This document shows, one piece after another, positions 1 through 12,823 of a DNA stretch of 64,000 bases. Within the stretch, counting starts at the first letter, position 1, and every line of letters starts with the position of its first letter. A model generated the notes under the pieces. It saw nothing but the letters and a program-made list of their open reading frames with translations, had not been told where the DNA came from and made no database searches. The DNA is from Eledone cirrhosa. Taxonomy: Eukaryota. The translations under genes and the position numbers were made by a program. The stretch lies in contig OZ024740.1 in assembly GCA_964016885.1 (NCBI GenBank), positions 258,292,001 to 258,356,000 of the forward strand, read 5' to 3'.

Positions 1-61
1 TGTTTTACACAACATATACAAAAGCTTTAATATAGTGGTTTCTGATTCATGTATAAGACCA

Positions 62-241
62 ACAATTTTGAGAGGAAGGGAAAGTCCATTAAATCGACCC
101 TAGTGCATTGCTGGTGCTTTATTTTCTCGATCCCGTAAGGATGAAAGACAAAGCTAACCTAGGTGAGATTTGAACTCAGAACGTAAAGGGCCATTACTCT
201 ATACCGCAAAGCATTTTGTCCGACGCTGTACTGATACTGCC
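62..241 (-). mobile_element. tRNA-derived SINE, diverged copy
   Basis: The reverse complement matches the SINE at 6418 and 12390 (box B GAGTTCAAAT, 'tttcatccttacgggatcga..aaaataaagcaccag'). Confidence 0.8.
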
Positions 242-1055
242 TTTACACCTTTAACATAATAGATAGTTTTTTTTTACCAACGCCAAACTGAACTTTATAA
301 TAATCTTTTCAAACAGAAGCGGAAATTTCAGAGGAAATCTAAGACGATTACATCGCCCCAGGATAGATGCACATCCTCATGTTTAGGGTGCTGGCTTAAC
401 AATCGCAATGCCATCTGTGTTTTCCATTCTGCGACTGGGCACTACTTATTGCCTTCTCATACAAAACATTTCGCTTTGTGATGTTCTTACGCAACAGAAA
501 ATAAGCATACGCAATAGCTAGGTTTTAAACATGGAAGACACGTAGTGATATACACACCTTTTCCAGTGCAGCGTCTTGTTCTCTTAGTTACTTTCAATGA
601 AATCGCGATAAACTCTGATCTTATGGACCTCAGCTTTGGGAGCAAACTAACTTTTTAAACTTTTTATTTGACTAGAACCATATAAGGTTTAAACTGATTT
701 TTTTTTCTGTATTCCATCACTAGGTCTATTACTTCTCTTGATAGTATAGGGGGGGGGGGGACAGTGATATATAGTGAACCTTGAGCATCCTCAAGGTGGA
801 GCCCATCCATCCCCAGGTGTGCAATCACTTCATTACAGCCACGTCATAAACTTTGAAATACTTTTAAAGAAGAGTAAACCCATAATCCTTTGTCCACTCT
901 ACTCTTGGGTAGCTCGCGTTCATGAAAAATGACGGGTTATTCTTTGGATAAATCCACTTATATGGAAGCCGTCACCACCCCCAATATCTAGACAACCCAA
1001 GTATACTTTACCTGTGGCCATGCTCAGTACGAATCAGCTCAACTGCGCCATAATA

Positions 1056-1075
1056 GACACACACATATATATATA

Positions 1076-1169
<94 letters not shown>

Positions 1170-1470
1170 TGTGTGTATGAGTTTGTGTGTGTGTGAGTAT
1201 GTATGTGGTTACTGGTATAAAACCCTTTCACCACTTTTTGATTAATGCACATGTAACACATGTTTGAGTGTGCGCGGGAATTATACATACAGACACACAC
1301 ACGCATAAATATATATATAGGGTGTGTGTGTAGAGGTGTGATATTAGCCATAATAAGCAATAAGTTGTGGAAGATAAACATAATCATATCAAATACACAT
1401 GAATGCTTAATTGTATAAACGCACACTTAAACCATATACAGCCACACACGCACATACACACATATGCATA

Positions 1471-1512
<42 letters not shown>

Positions 1513-1603
1513 CATATATGTATGTATATATATATGGATATATGTATATATGAATATATACATAAAAATATATGCATATATTATATATACATACATATAT
1601 ATA

Positions 1604-1673
<70 letters not shown>

Positions 1674-2124
1674 CATAGGCACAGTAAGCTCAGTGTTAGG
1701 CTGAATGCTGGGTGAGTGTTGATAGGGAGTTCACAGTATGAATAAAATGACGACCCCTACCCCATCTATTGCGTATTACATATAGTTCTCACGGGAACCT
1801 ATACTGTTGTAACGTATATTCATACGCACAGGCGCACACATATCACATATATACACGCACACATACTACACACGATTACACACACACGTGGATCACATAT
1901 ACATATATATATATGTGTGTGTGTGTTTGTCTTATTTTGTGTGTATGTGTGTGTGCCAGTGTGTGTATAATTTATATATACACACATAGAGAGAGAGAGA
2001 GATGAAATAAATATAGAATATTAGAGTATGTCTGATTTACGTGTATGTAACCGTATATAGTATGTGTGGTTGTGTGTATATGTGATATGTTTGAGTCTGT
2101 GCGTATGAAAATACATTACAACAG

Positions 2125-2208
<84 letters not shown>

Positions 2209-2370
2209 TATATATATTCTCTTTCCATTTAATTATGTACAGATATCTCTAAGTATCTAAATATATATTCTGTAGCACAGTTTAATCTCCCTCTCGCTAT
2301 GTATATATATATAGAGAGAGAGGGGGAGAGAGTGAGAGAGAGAGAGAGAGAGAGAAATAAAGAGATAGAT
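1056..2370. repeat. Microsatellite cluster (TG)n, (TA)n, (CA)n, (GA)n
   Basis: Visible dinucleotide tracts, e.g. (TG)n 1078-1161, (CA)n ~1605-1648, (GA)n ~2162-2206. Confidence 0.97.
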
Positions 2371-2497
2371 ACATATTTATATACTTTACGACGGTCGTGC
2401 TGTGAATGACACAACACGCATGTTTTGGTTTTCACTTCAATTTATTACAAATTTTCTGTTGGTTGGTTTAATAACCGGATGTTGTTTTTTTAATTTA

Positions 2498-2545
2498 TTG
2501 TTAAAGATCTTTCGTCACACAATATGAGACATCCTCAGTGACTAA
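2498..2545 (-). ncRNA. Minimal type I hammerhead ribozyme motif (stem I degenerate)
   Basis: The minus strand reads CTGAGGA-TGTCTCATATTGTGTGAC-GAAA-GATC-TT: core CUGANGA/GAAA, a stem II hairpin and palindromic stem III (AAAGATCTTT). Confidence 0.6.
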
Positions 2546-4016
2546 TTTGTTCTTTTTTTTATGTCTCTCCTATGTTCTGACTTACACCATCTATTTTTTT
2601 TCTTTTTTGTCAACTGGAAATCTGTAATAAATTGAAGTAAATTGAAGTGTATTTTTATTGGCAAGTATCACCCTTCCAAATTATATGAATACTTGTTTCA
2701 GTACACGTTTTCAGATAAGCAATCTTGCAAAAGAAATGCAAAAAAATGAAGTATATATATATGTACAGTATTTACGTATCGAGAGAGAGAAAAAAAGGGA
2801 AGGATAGGTGATACATATTGTTATTTGCCAAGTAGCGTATGCCAAAGGTGCTCGATACTAGTGCCGGCAGTATTAAATATTCGAAGTGTTAATATTTAGT
2901 GGGCTAGAGAGTTAGCAGAGCGTAAGCACGTGGGAAAGTAAGAAATCGGAGAATAGACCGTTAAAACATGTTTATTTAAAACAGCACCTACGTACGAATC
3001 GCCCAGTTTGGCTTCACAAGGGCATAAATAATCAAAAGTGTTCCTTACATTGCTAGGAAAGAGTTTTTGGGGTTAAATCCACGTCAAGGGTCATTGCTCA
3101 CAAAAATAGCTTGTTTTGATTTTGCAGCAGGTCAAGGGAGGTAACTCTGGCTGGTGTTAGGGCAGTCTTTCCCGGACAATTTTTTTAATCCGCTACGAGA
3201 TACCTTACCATTGTTGATACGCATGTAATCAACGCTTATTTTGAGAGTTTTTTTTTTGCCGCATCTGTTTGTCTGAGTAGTTTGAGGCTGGGTCTGGTAT
3301 GCAAGGATAGTTTCCTGTGTGTTATTTTGCAGCGCCTGCCCGCCCGAGTGTTTCGACTTGCTGCAGGGAGATCCGGTGCACGGTTTCACTCCTCATCCTT
3401 AACCCATCTGAAGAAGAATATTTTTAAGCGATGCGTACAACTTATCGCTGTTTCAGCTCTGCTGTTGATGAGCTCGTGGGGTGCAGTTATGATGTGGTAG
3501 AGCTCCATGAGACAAATATCGCATTTCCTCTTGAAGTTGTACGGTGCAGCCTTAGAGAAGAACTTCCCGCACAACCATAGGTATAGAAAAACTCTTAATA
3601 GGAACAATATAAAAATATCCTTCTCTACTACTCCTAACCTATCAGACATCATAGGAACAACGAACCACAGTAAGATCACCAAAACACAGCACCTCGACAC
3701 AGACGCACCTACACCTGACAATAAATATATCTGCCTTAACAACTCCCTGGCAGCATCCAATAGTGTTGGCAACGGCATCCGCAGAGGCAACCAGCATAAC
3801 CGCGAAATGGCTGGGGTACATGCAGGACATGACGCGCGGAATAACAATCGCACCACCCCGCGTGCTGTGGGTTGTAATGGTGTTAACGACATTTGCGGTA
3901 GCGTAGGTAACAACGTACGCAGGAACAATGATAGCCTTACCGTGGGAAATAGATGGAACCGCGACAGAAATTGAAACTGCCGCGACAGAAGACGCTGCCC
4001 CCTTAGATGATACTGC

Positions 4017-4395
4017 TTGACTATTAGGGTTATATATAGATGCACTATAACTAGCCACAATAGCGTTAAACATTATATAGGGGCTACCTCCGGCCCGTTC
4101 AAAATTAGGTTTCGAACACATCTCCACTCTTTCACAAATAAAAAATTAAGACACTCCACTTCGCTCGCGGACTACATCACTAAAGGACTTAAACATCAGC
4201 TTCTCCACGCACTGGGATATTGTCGGCAGGGCTGCACCGTACAACTTCAAGAGGAAATGCGATCTTTGCCTCATGGAGCTCTACCACATCATAACTGCAC
4301 CCCACGAGCTCATCAACAGCAGAGCTGAAACAGCGATAAGTTGTACGCATCGCTTAAAAATATCCTTCTTCAGATGGGTTAAGGATGAGGAATGA
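4017..4395 (+). pseudogene. Frameshifted GIY-YIG endonuclease domain of the Penelope-like element
   Basis: VIY...YIG motif pair, R-x3-H (RFRTH) and a C-terminal CxxC...CxH motif split over frames. Confidence 0.8.
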
Positions 4396-4767
4396 AACCT
4401 TGCACCGGATCTCTCTGCAACAAGTCTTAACACCCCGACGGGCAGGTGCTGCAAAATAACACCCAGGAAACTATCCTTGGATACCAGACCCAGCCTCAAA
4501 CGACTCAGACAAACAGATGCGGCAAAAAAAAAAAACTCTCAAAATAAGCGTTGATTACATGCGTATCGACAATGGTAAGGTTGCAACCTCATCTCGTAGC
4601 GGATAAAAAAAAATTGTCCGGGAAAGACTGCCCTAACACCGGCCAGATTTGCCTCCCTTGACCTGCTGCAAAATCAAAACAAGCTATTTTTGCGAGCAAT
4701 GAACCTTGACGTGGATTTAACCCCAAAAACTCTTTCCGAGCAATGTAAGGAACACTTTTGATTATTT

Positions 4768-4809
4768 ATGCCCTTGAGAAGCCCAACTGGGCGAAACGTA
4801 CGTAGGTGT
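4768..4809 (+). ncRNA. Variant-core hammerhead ribozyme in the Penelope 3' UTR
   Basis: ATGCC-CTTGAGAA-GCCC AACT GGGC-GAAA-CGTACG-TA-GGTGT. Stems I and II pair and stem III is palindromic. The copy on the inverted arm (2984-3025) has GAAA mutated to GATT. Confidence 0.65.
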
Positions 4810-4863
4810 TGTTTTAAATAAACATGTTTTAACGGTCTATTCTCCAATTTCTTACTTTCCCAC

Positions 4864-4919
<56 letters not shown>

Positions 4920-5054
4920 GGAAGTTGGTCCAGACAAAGAAACACGTCTTCCTGTTCTATTTCCGTTTCTTTTACTGGTCGTATTGATATATCAAAACTC
5001 GCCACACACAGTTGAGTTGCAATACTTGGATATCTCAACCAAATTATTACTACG

Positions 5055-5093
<39 letters not shown>

Positions 5094-5329
5094 TGTATGT
5101 GTACTTGTGTGTGTAACTGTGTCTGTGTGACTGTGATCGTGGCTATGCCGGTATGTCTGTGTGTATATATAATACCCGTCAGAATCGTCAAGGTTTAAAA
5201 TAAAAAAATAGTTTAATAATTCCTCCATAACGATATTCTATGTAAATATGCTCGAATGATAGACTAGATAGTTAGGTAGATAGATAGATCTAGAGACACA
5301 TAGTTATATATAAATAGTCTTTATAGAGA

Positions 5330-6030
5330 AAGGCTTGAGTGGACTTTGCTGTTAAAAATACAATCGCTTCCAAACTAGATGAGTTTCTCCGTCGCTTCTC
5401 AAATCGGCTCATTTCTGCGAGGATTCCTCTATCCAAAAATATGTGTTATATTTGTGTGCTTATATGTTTCAACTATGTGAGCTACGGCGGACGGATAGCT
5501 TGCGTTTTATCTTTCCTTAAAGGAACTTGTCCGGAAGACCCCCCGATCTGATGAAATTCTCATACTTGGGGATTTTAATGCTTGGGTTGGAAAAGACCTG
5601 GGATGTGATTGGTAAACATGGGATTGGAAAATTTAACAGCCATGACTTATTACTCCTGTAAATGTGCTAAGTTATTGTATAGCTAATACTTTATTCCAGC
5701 ACAGAGAGAAACACAAGACAACCTGGATGTATCCAGATTCAAGGAAGTTGCACATGAAAGATTTAATTTTTGATATCTGTAATGTCCATGCACTGCTAGG
5801 AGTTTAGTGCTGGACAAACCTTCATCTTATTTGCATCAAGGTAAAATTTGTTATTTGGTTGAAAATACAAGTAATTGTTGTTGCTGCTCCAAAGAAATTA
5901 AATATTGTTCTGAATAAAAATGCTTCAAGATGCAGTGTGATGACACATGGAAAGATTGACAGGAAACATCAACATTGATTTGATGAAAATGAGGAAAAGA
6001 TTGCAGTGCTACTTAATGAAAGGAAATCAG
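5330..6030 (+). mobile_element. Degenerate RTE-clade LINE fragment (AP endonuclease)
   Basis: DFAVKNTIASKL..SNRLISARIPL, ILILGDFNAWVG, IANTLFQH..HKTTWMYP, with stops and frameshifts. Confidence 0.75.
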
Positions 6031-6275
6031 CGATAATGAGAATGTTTACAGGAGGGCAAGGACCCTATCTGTTCTCTAATACATTTGATGTATATATTCT
6101 CAGCAGTTTTAGCGGGTAGCAATCTGGATAAGGAGCTAAAACCCCGAAATAATTGTCGATTCTTTTCTCTCAGCTACCACTGGGACAAAAAGTAGACGTT
6201 GGTCATCTAGAAAACACACATGGAGTTGTGAGGCTGTTTGCTTGCAGACAAACCGAATATTAATAATATTATGAT

Positions 6276-6384
6276 AAATCCTGCCGAGGTTAACTTTGCC
6301 ATTCATCCTTACGGGGTCGATAAAATAAAGTACCAGTAATATACTGGGTAATTGATGGCTTTGTGCCAAAAGTAGAAACAATTG
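6276..6384 (+). mobile_element. SINE 3' half
   Basis: aaatcctgccgagg...gtcgataaaataaagtaccagt...aaaagtagaaacaatt. Confidence 0.85.
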
Positions 6385-6417
6385 TGATACTATCATAATA
6401 TTATTTTTATTCACTCC

Positions 6418-6612
6418 GGGGCGGGGGATTGGCAGTATCGGTAGAGAGTCGGACGCCATGCTTTCCAGCATAGTTACGTCCCTTTACAGTCTGAGTTCAA
6501 ATCCCGCCAAGGTTTACTTTGCCTTTCATCCTTACGTGGTCGATAAAATAAAGTACCAGTAATGCACTGGGTAATTGCTGGCCTTGTGCCTAAAGTAGAA
6601 ACAATTATTATT
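6418..6612 (+). mobile_element. Full-length tRNA-derived SINE
   Basis: Box A-like TGGCAGTATCGG, box B GAGTTCAAATCC and an (ATT)n tail. Near-identical to the copies at 12390 and 52197. Confidence 0.9.
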
Positions 6613-6666
6613 CACTCCCGAATATATTTAGGTATCCACCAAATTAAGAGTGAAAACAAATGTTGT

Positions 6667-6710
<44 letters not shown>

Positions 6711-6964
6711 CGTGTGTGTATGTGTGCATGTATATGTATATATATATATATGTGTGTGTGTATATATATATTTGTTTTTATTTATTTATATATGCATACA
6801 CATAAATATATCTCGATGAAGGGTGAGGGGGAAAGACATTAAATAAACAAGTTAATAAAATAATGAGATGAAATGTAATATGTAAATATGTGAATAATAA
6901 ATCATTAATAAATATATTTATGAATGTTGTCTTGGTGTTGGCTGAAGATGATGTAGTTAAGATT

Positions 6965-7150
6965 GTCTTGTAGGAGTTGGGGATGGTGTCGTTTTCTAGG
7001 GGTCGGGGATGGTGTTGTTTTGTAGGAGTCGGGGATGGTGTTGTTTTGTAGGAGTCGGGGATGGTTTATTTTGTAGGAGTCGGGGTTGGTGTTGTTTTGT
7101 AGGATTTGGGGATGGTGTCGTTTTATAGGAGTCGGGGATGGTGTTGTTTT
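6965..7150. repeat. G-rich minisatellite, ~26-bp unit, about 7 copies
   Basis: Unit TTTTGTAGGAGTCGGGGATGGTGTTG repeated with few substitutions. Confidence 0.9.
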
Positions 7151-7329
7151 TAAGTTTGTTGTTCTGTAGGTAGATGTTGTTTTAATAACAAATATCAATG
7201 ATAAGAAATGCGCACACAAAACTAATTTAACACACCTACATTCATATATATATATATATTTAGACATACGTTATTTTCATAACACAAAAGATAACAACTT
7301 CATATAAGTATGGGAATATGTACCTTTAT

Positions 7330-8825
<1,496 letters not shown>

Positions 8826-9189
8826 ACTGTTATGGAATTTGAGACGGTACATTTGAAATTTATTGAATATGAAATATTAGTTTTGTGGAAAGGCAAATCC
8901 CTAAGGGAATTAATATAAGACCTGATGGAAACGATGAAAATCTAGAAAATGTCACCTCATTTTGTTTCATATTTCTTTATTTAAATTTAATTTAATATGT
9001 AATTTTTTTTTTATTATTACTATTTTGTCATTTGAAATTCAACATTTTTCGATTGAGAGACAACCACAGAGTACAAATAATGACACTGCTGGTAGTGGTG
9101 ATGATAATGATGATGATGATGATGATTATAATAATAATAATAATAATACCAATAATAATAACAATGCTACTAATAATAACAATAATGTT

Positions 9190-9770
9190 TTCTTTATTAA
9201 CCACAAAGGGTTCAGACCAAGAAAAACATTATGACAGTACAGGGCGAAAACATAGTGTGTGTATGTGTATGTGGGCGTTTGTATGTGGGTTTTGCGTGTA
9301 AACAAATTCCAACAATGTTAATAAAAAAAGATAATAAAATTAAAACAAAGAAGGTTCCTCAATAGGGGGGAGACATTCGAGGGTCATTCGTGGAAAAAAA
9401 ACCCATAAGACGACAGATGCTCTGATATTTATGGTGAGTGCCCTGTCACAGTTGTGCTCCTCCAATCTACAGGCTCACACACAGAGCAGACCCATTCACT
9501 CAGACCATGCTCTCTTCTCACACCCACCTTTCAACAAATTACTTTGAAGGCAGCACTTCTCTCTCTACCCTTAATTTCCCCCTCAAGTGGAATCTGAAGA
9601 AGTTAATCAGGGATTCTCCAAAGAAGAAAGTGATGGTCTTCAAACCTTTCAAGCGTGTCCGCCATATAACCTCTTTCACCATGGCCACAAGACGGCCTGC
9701 CCTTCTTGGCTAAAAGCGACGGGACAATTTTCACAATGGATTCGGTTTATAACCGAATTTGTCCTACACG
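9190..9770 (-). mobile_element. 3' fragment of an old Tx1-like LINE
   Basis: The reverse complement matches the ORF2 C-terminus (LVAMVKEVIWRTRLKGLK..FHLRGKLRVER) and the 3' end 'ccctttgtggttaataaagaaa' followed by an ATT-type repeat. Confidence 0.8.
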
Positions 9771-9917
9771 TGAAGCTGATTACGATGATGATGATGACGA
9801 CGATGATGATGATGATGATGATGTTGATGATGATACTGCTGCTCGCAGTCTTAGATCACTATATACTTCAGTCGAACAATAAACTGTTAATACACATTAT
9901 TAAATGAATTAGTTTAA

Positions 9918-10112
9918 TAATAATTGTTTCTACTTTTGGCACAAGGCCAGCAATTATCTCCAATGCATTACTGGTACTTTATTTTATCGACCCCATAAAG
10001 ATGAAAGGCAAAGTTAACCTCGGCGGGATTTGAACTCAGACCATAAAGGGCCGTAATTGTATGCAGCAAAGTATGGCGTCTGACCCTCTACTGATACTGC
10101 CAATCCACTGCC
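9918..10112 (-). mobile_element. tRNA-derived SINE
   Basis: Reverse complement of the SINE consensus, with its tail on (AAT)n. Confidence 0.88.
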
Positions 10113-10140
10113 CTATTAGTTTAATAATAATAATAATAAT

Positions 10141-10570
10141 TTCTTTATTAGCCACACAAGGACCTCATTAAGGAAACATTAAAGACGGTACAGGTCGATA
10201 CAGTGTGGGTTTTTTGTGTAAAATAGAATTTATAACAAAGATTAAGAAAACAGACATTTCAAAACCAAAACAAACATAAATTCCCCAAAGTTCAGGAGAC
10301 TCAGAGAATTACTCGCGGATAAAGTCCACAAAAGCCACGGTGACCCTGACTGCTAGTGCAAGCGCCCTCTTCCAGTTGTCCTCCTACAATACTACTGGCA
10401 CACGCCCGGAGCAGACCCATTCACATGTGACATTCTTGCCTCTCTCACCTATATTTCAACAAACTGGCTTGTAGGCAGCACTTCTCTATCCACCCTGATT
10501 TTCCTATTCAGGTGAAACCATAAAAAGTCAGCGAGGAGGAAAGTGCCCGTCTTCAACCCTTATAAGAGTG
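10141..10570 (-). mobile_element. 3' fragment of a Tx1-like LINE
   Basis: The minus strand ends 'ccttgtgtggctaataaagaaa(tta)n' and includes an ORF2 C-terminal remnant (FHLNRKIRVDREVL). Confidence 0.75.
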
Positions 10571-10657
10571 AATGAAATGTTTCAAGTAGTTAGTAACCAA
10601 ATTTCAACACCAACAATACATGCTATGCATATATAGCTTCTAATTTGAATGGAAAAG

Positions 10658-10725
10658 GGTGGGTGGTGTATTGGTGTAATTGTAGCGCACTGGTCTTGAT
10701 AACCAAAGATTTGGTTTCGACTCGC
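10658..10725 (+). other. Possible tRNA-derived pseudogene or SINE head
   Basis: TGGTGTAATTGTAGCGC...GGTTTCGACTC resemble Pol III boxes A and B; no convincing acceptor stem. Confidence 0.3.
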
Positions 10726-12389
10726 ATGTACGTTAATACTTTTCCATTTAGAGTGTTTTAAAATCCCCACTGTCAGTCTAATTTCTTTAGTCAAAATACG
10801 GCGAAAGCTTCTATTTCTACTAAATTTCAAACTTCGCTCGCTGTCTCCAAAGCAGACGCTTCCTTAATGTTATAATTATTAATTCAAAGGAATTTAAATT
10901 ATTTATTGTTATTATACTTAAGTAAATCAATAATCTACAATATCACCATACATCTAGTTGAAAAATAGTTTTGTAATTTATTTTACGGCTCAAAAGTAAC
11001 ATACTTTTCAAATCCATGCCAATATTATTTTGTACACGATGACAGAGAGCTGCGTAACGATCAAAACAATTTCACCGGCGACGCGGGAGGTGCTCTGTAT
11101 ATTGTTCCTAGGGTGTATCTTAAATTAAAACCTGTTAGGCGGTGAGCAGATTTAGTATTGTGTTTAAAAAAGATTAGTTGTGTTAGATAGCTTATATTAT
11201 TCATAGATCATTTCCACATGACTCTATACTATCATATTTCCATGCTGGGTACAGCAGGCCGTTACTCTGAGATATAAATAAAAATAAAATTATTTACTGT
11301 TACATTAAGATGGGCTTATAATCCTATCCACTCTAGAAAACATAACAACTGAAGGCTGAAGAATGGATAAAGGTTAACTGACACTCAAAATTCTCGCCCG
11401 AATGTTTAAGTCTACCTACCATTACCTCTTTAGAGTCAAGCCCAGACATTGGTAAGCCCTGTTAGATCAAGTGGCGTTTTACATTTTAATGGATCATGCC
11501 TATATTAGCTGGAGCAGAGTTCGATGTTATCACTGCATTGGGTGGCATGGTGGGAAATTACCAGAGGTATAATGTGTTAATTTCCCCAGAACTTGTTGCG
11601 ACCTCCAGGATGGCATAATTCGATATCCTTATTTGGGTGGAACGGATATCAGAAAGAGGGACACATAGATTCATATAACTGACGTAGAAACAGCCTACCT
11701 CATTTTAACGTCCTCTTTATGTATATACCATAGCCAACATATTTATTACAGTTAATGGAAATCCCCAAAAGTATGAGATCCCGCAATCAAAATTAAAAGG
11801 AAAATTCACACATGCGTGTGGTCGGTCCATTCTTGTTACTAAGCTAAGTGAGTGAAGTGAAATATATAGAATCTAAGGGACTTAGACGTAAATTATAAAT
11901 TAAATCTATCCAGGATCTAGGATTTAGGTACCACGTTCACTTTATACCTAGTATAATAAAAGGAGTGGGGGTTTCTATGCGGGCTAGCGGACGCAATATC
12001 AGGTTTCCTGTTTAGGATTTATGCCTTGATATCATTTTACACAGGTACTCAGTAAGGCACAGACTACACCTCTTATTTGTTGGTTGGTATGATAGGGCTA
12101 TTTTTAGGCCCCTCCAATTTATGGAGTATTAGGTCCAATTTTCATTTAATTCCCAACGAATTTGAGGTGCCGATTCTTTTTTACTTAAATGAGAGGTGGT
12201 GCATATAATACCTGGACTTGACTATCAGTTTGGGTAGAGATCGTTTATTTGTAAACCACGTTTTTCAATAAGCATCCATCGCTTAGATGACAGGTAGATG
12301 TGTTTCTACAATTGCAATTAATTCAAAGGGTGTGTGCATTCGATATTACGTTAATACTATTATTATTATTATTATTATTACATTATTAA

Positions 12390-12590
12390 AAGGCGGTGGA
12401 TTGGCAGTATCGGTAGAGGGTCGGACGCCATGCTTTCCAGCATAGTTACGTCCCTTTACGATCTGAGTTCAAATCCCGCCGAGGTTGACTTCGCCTTTCA
12501 TCCTTACGGGGTCGATAAAATAAAGTACCAGTAATGCACTGGGTAATTGCTGGCCTTGTGCCTAAAGTAGAAACAATTATTATTATTATT
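12390..12590 (+). mobile_element. Full-length tRNA-derived SINE in an (ATT)n tract
   Basis: Boxes A and B, consensus body, (ATT)n on both sides. Confidence 0.92.
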
Positions 12591-12718
12591 ACAGCTGCAT
12601 TTATCTTGCTTTATGTTCATACCAGTTATCACCATGAACATAAAGCAAGATAAATGCAGCTGTAATAATAATAATAATAATAGTATTAACGTAATATCGA
12701 ATGCACACAGCCTTTGAA

Positions 12719-12733
12719 TTATTATTATTATTA

Positions 12734-12821
<88 letters not shown>
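12719..12821. repeat. (ATT)n tract, tail/target of the Dong element
   Basis: About 30 ATT units. Confidence 0.97.

Positions 12822-12823
<2 letters not shown>

Larger units (their letters stand above)
2928..4865 (+). mobile_element. 5'-truncated Penelope-like element (post-RT linker + GIY-YIG endonuclease + 3' UTR) with an inverted copy of its 3' ~630 bp upstream
   Basis: Peptides LEKNFPHNHRYRKTLNRNNIKISFS, NCR..CPL, VIYRCTIT..HYIGATSGPFKIRF and CDLCLME..INSRAETAISCTHR. 2928-3551 is the reverse complement of ~4230-4865. The element ends in (TA)n. Confidence 0.85.

Noticed and set aside
5548-5560. CTGATGAAA as a hammerhead core
   Set aside because: No stem II or downstream GAAA geometry; it lies in RTE endonuclease coding sequence (..SDEILILGDFN).
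6965-7150. Regularly spaced repeats as a CRISPR array
   Set aside because: Head-to-tail units with no unique spacers, no cas genes, and a eukaryotic context.
10995-11100. Possible host first exon on the minus strand (ATGGATTTGAAAA|GTATGT near a CpG-rich patch)
   Set aside because: Only four codons and a plausible donor; no downstream exon can be identified without RNA data.
11945-12260. Helitron-like start (CTAGTATAATAAAAG)
   Set aside because: No 3' hairpin or CTRR end recognised, and only one copy in the window.
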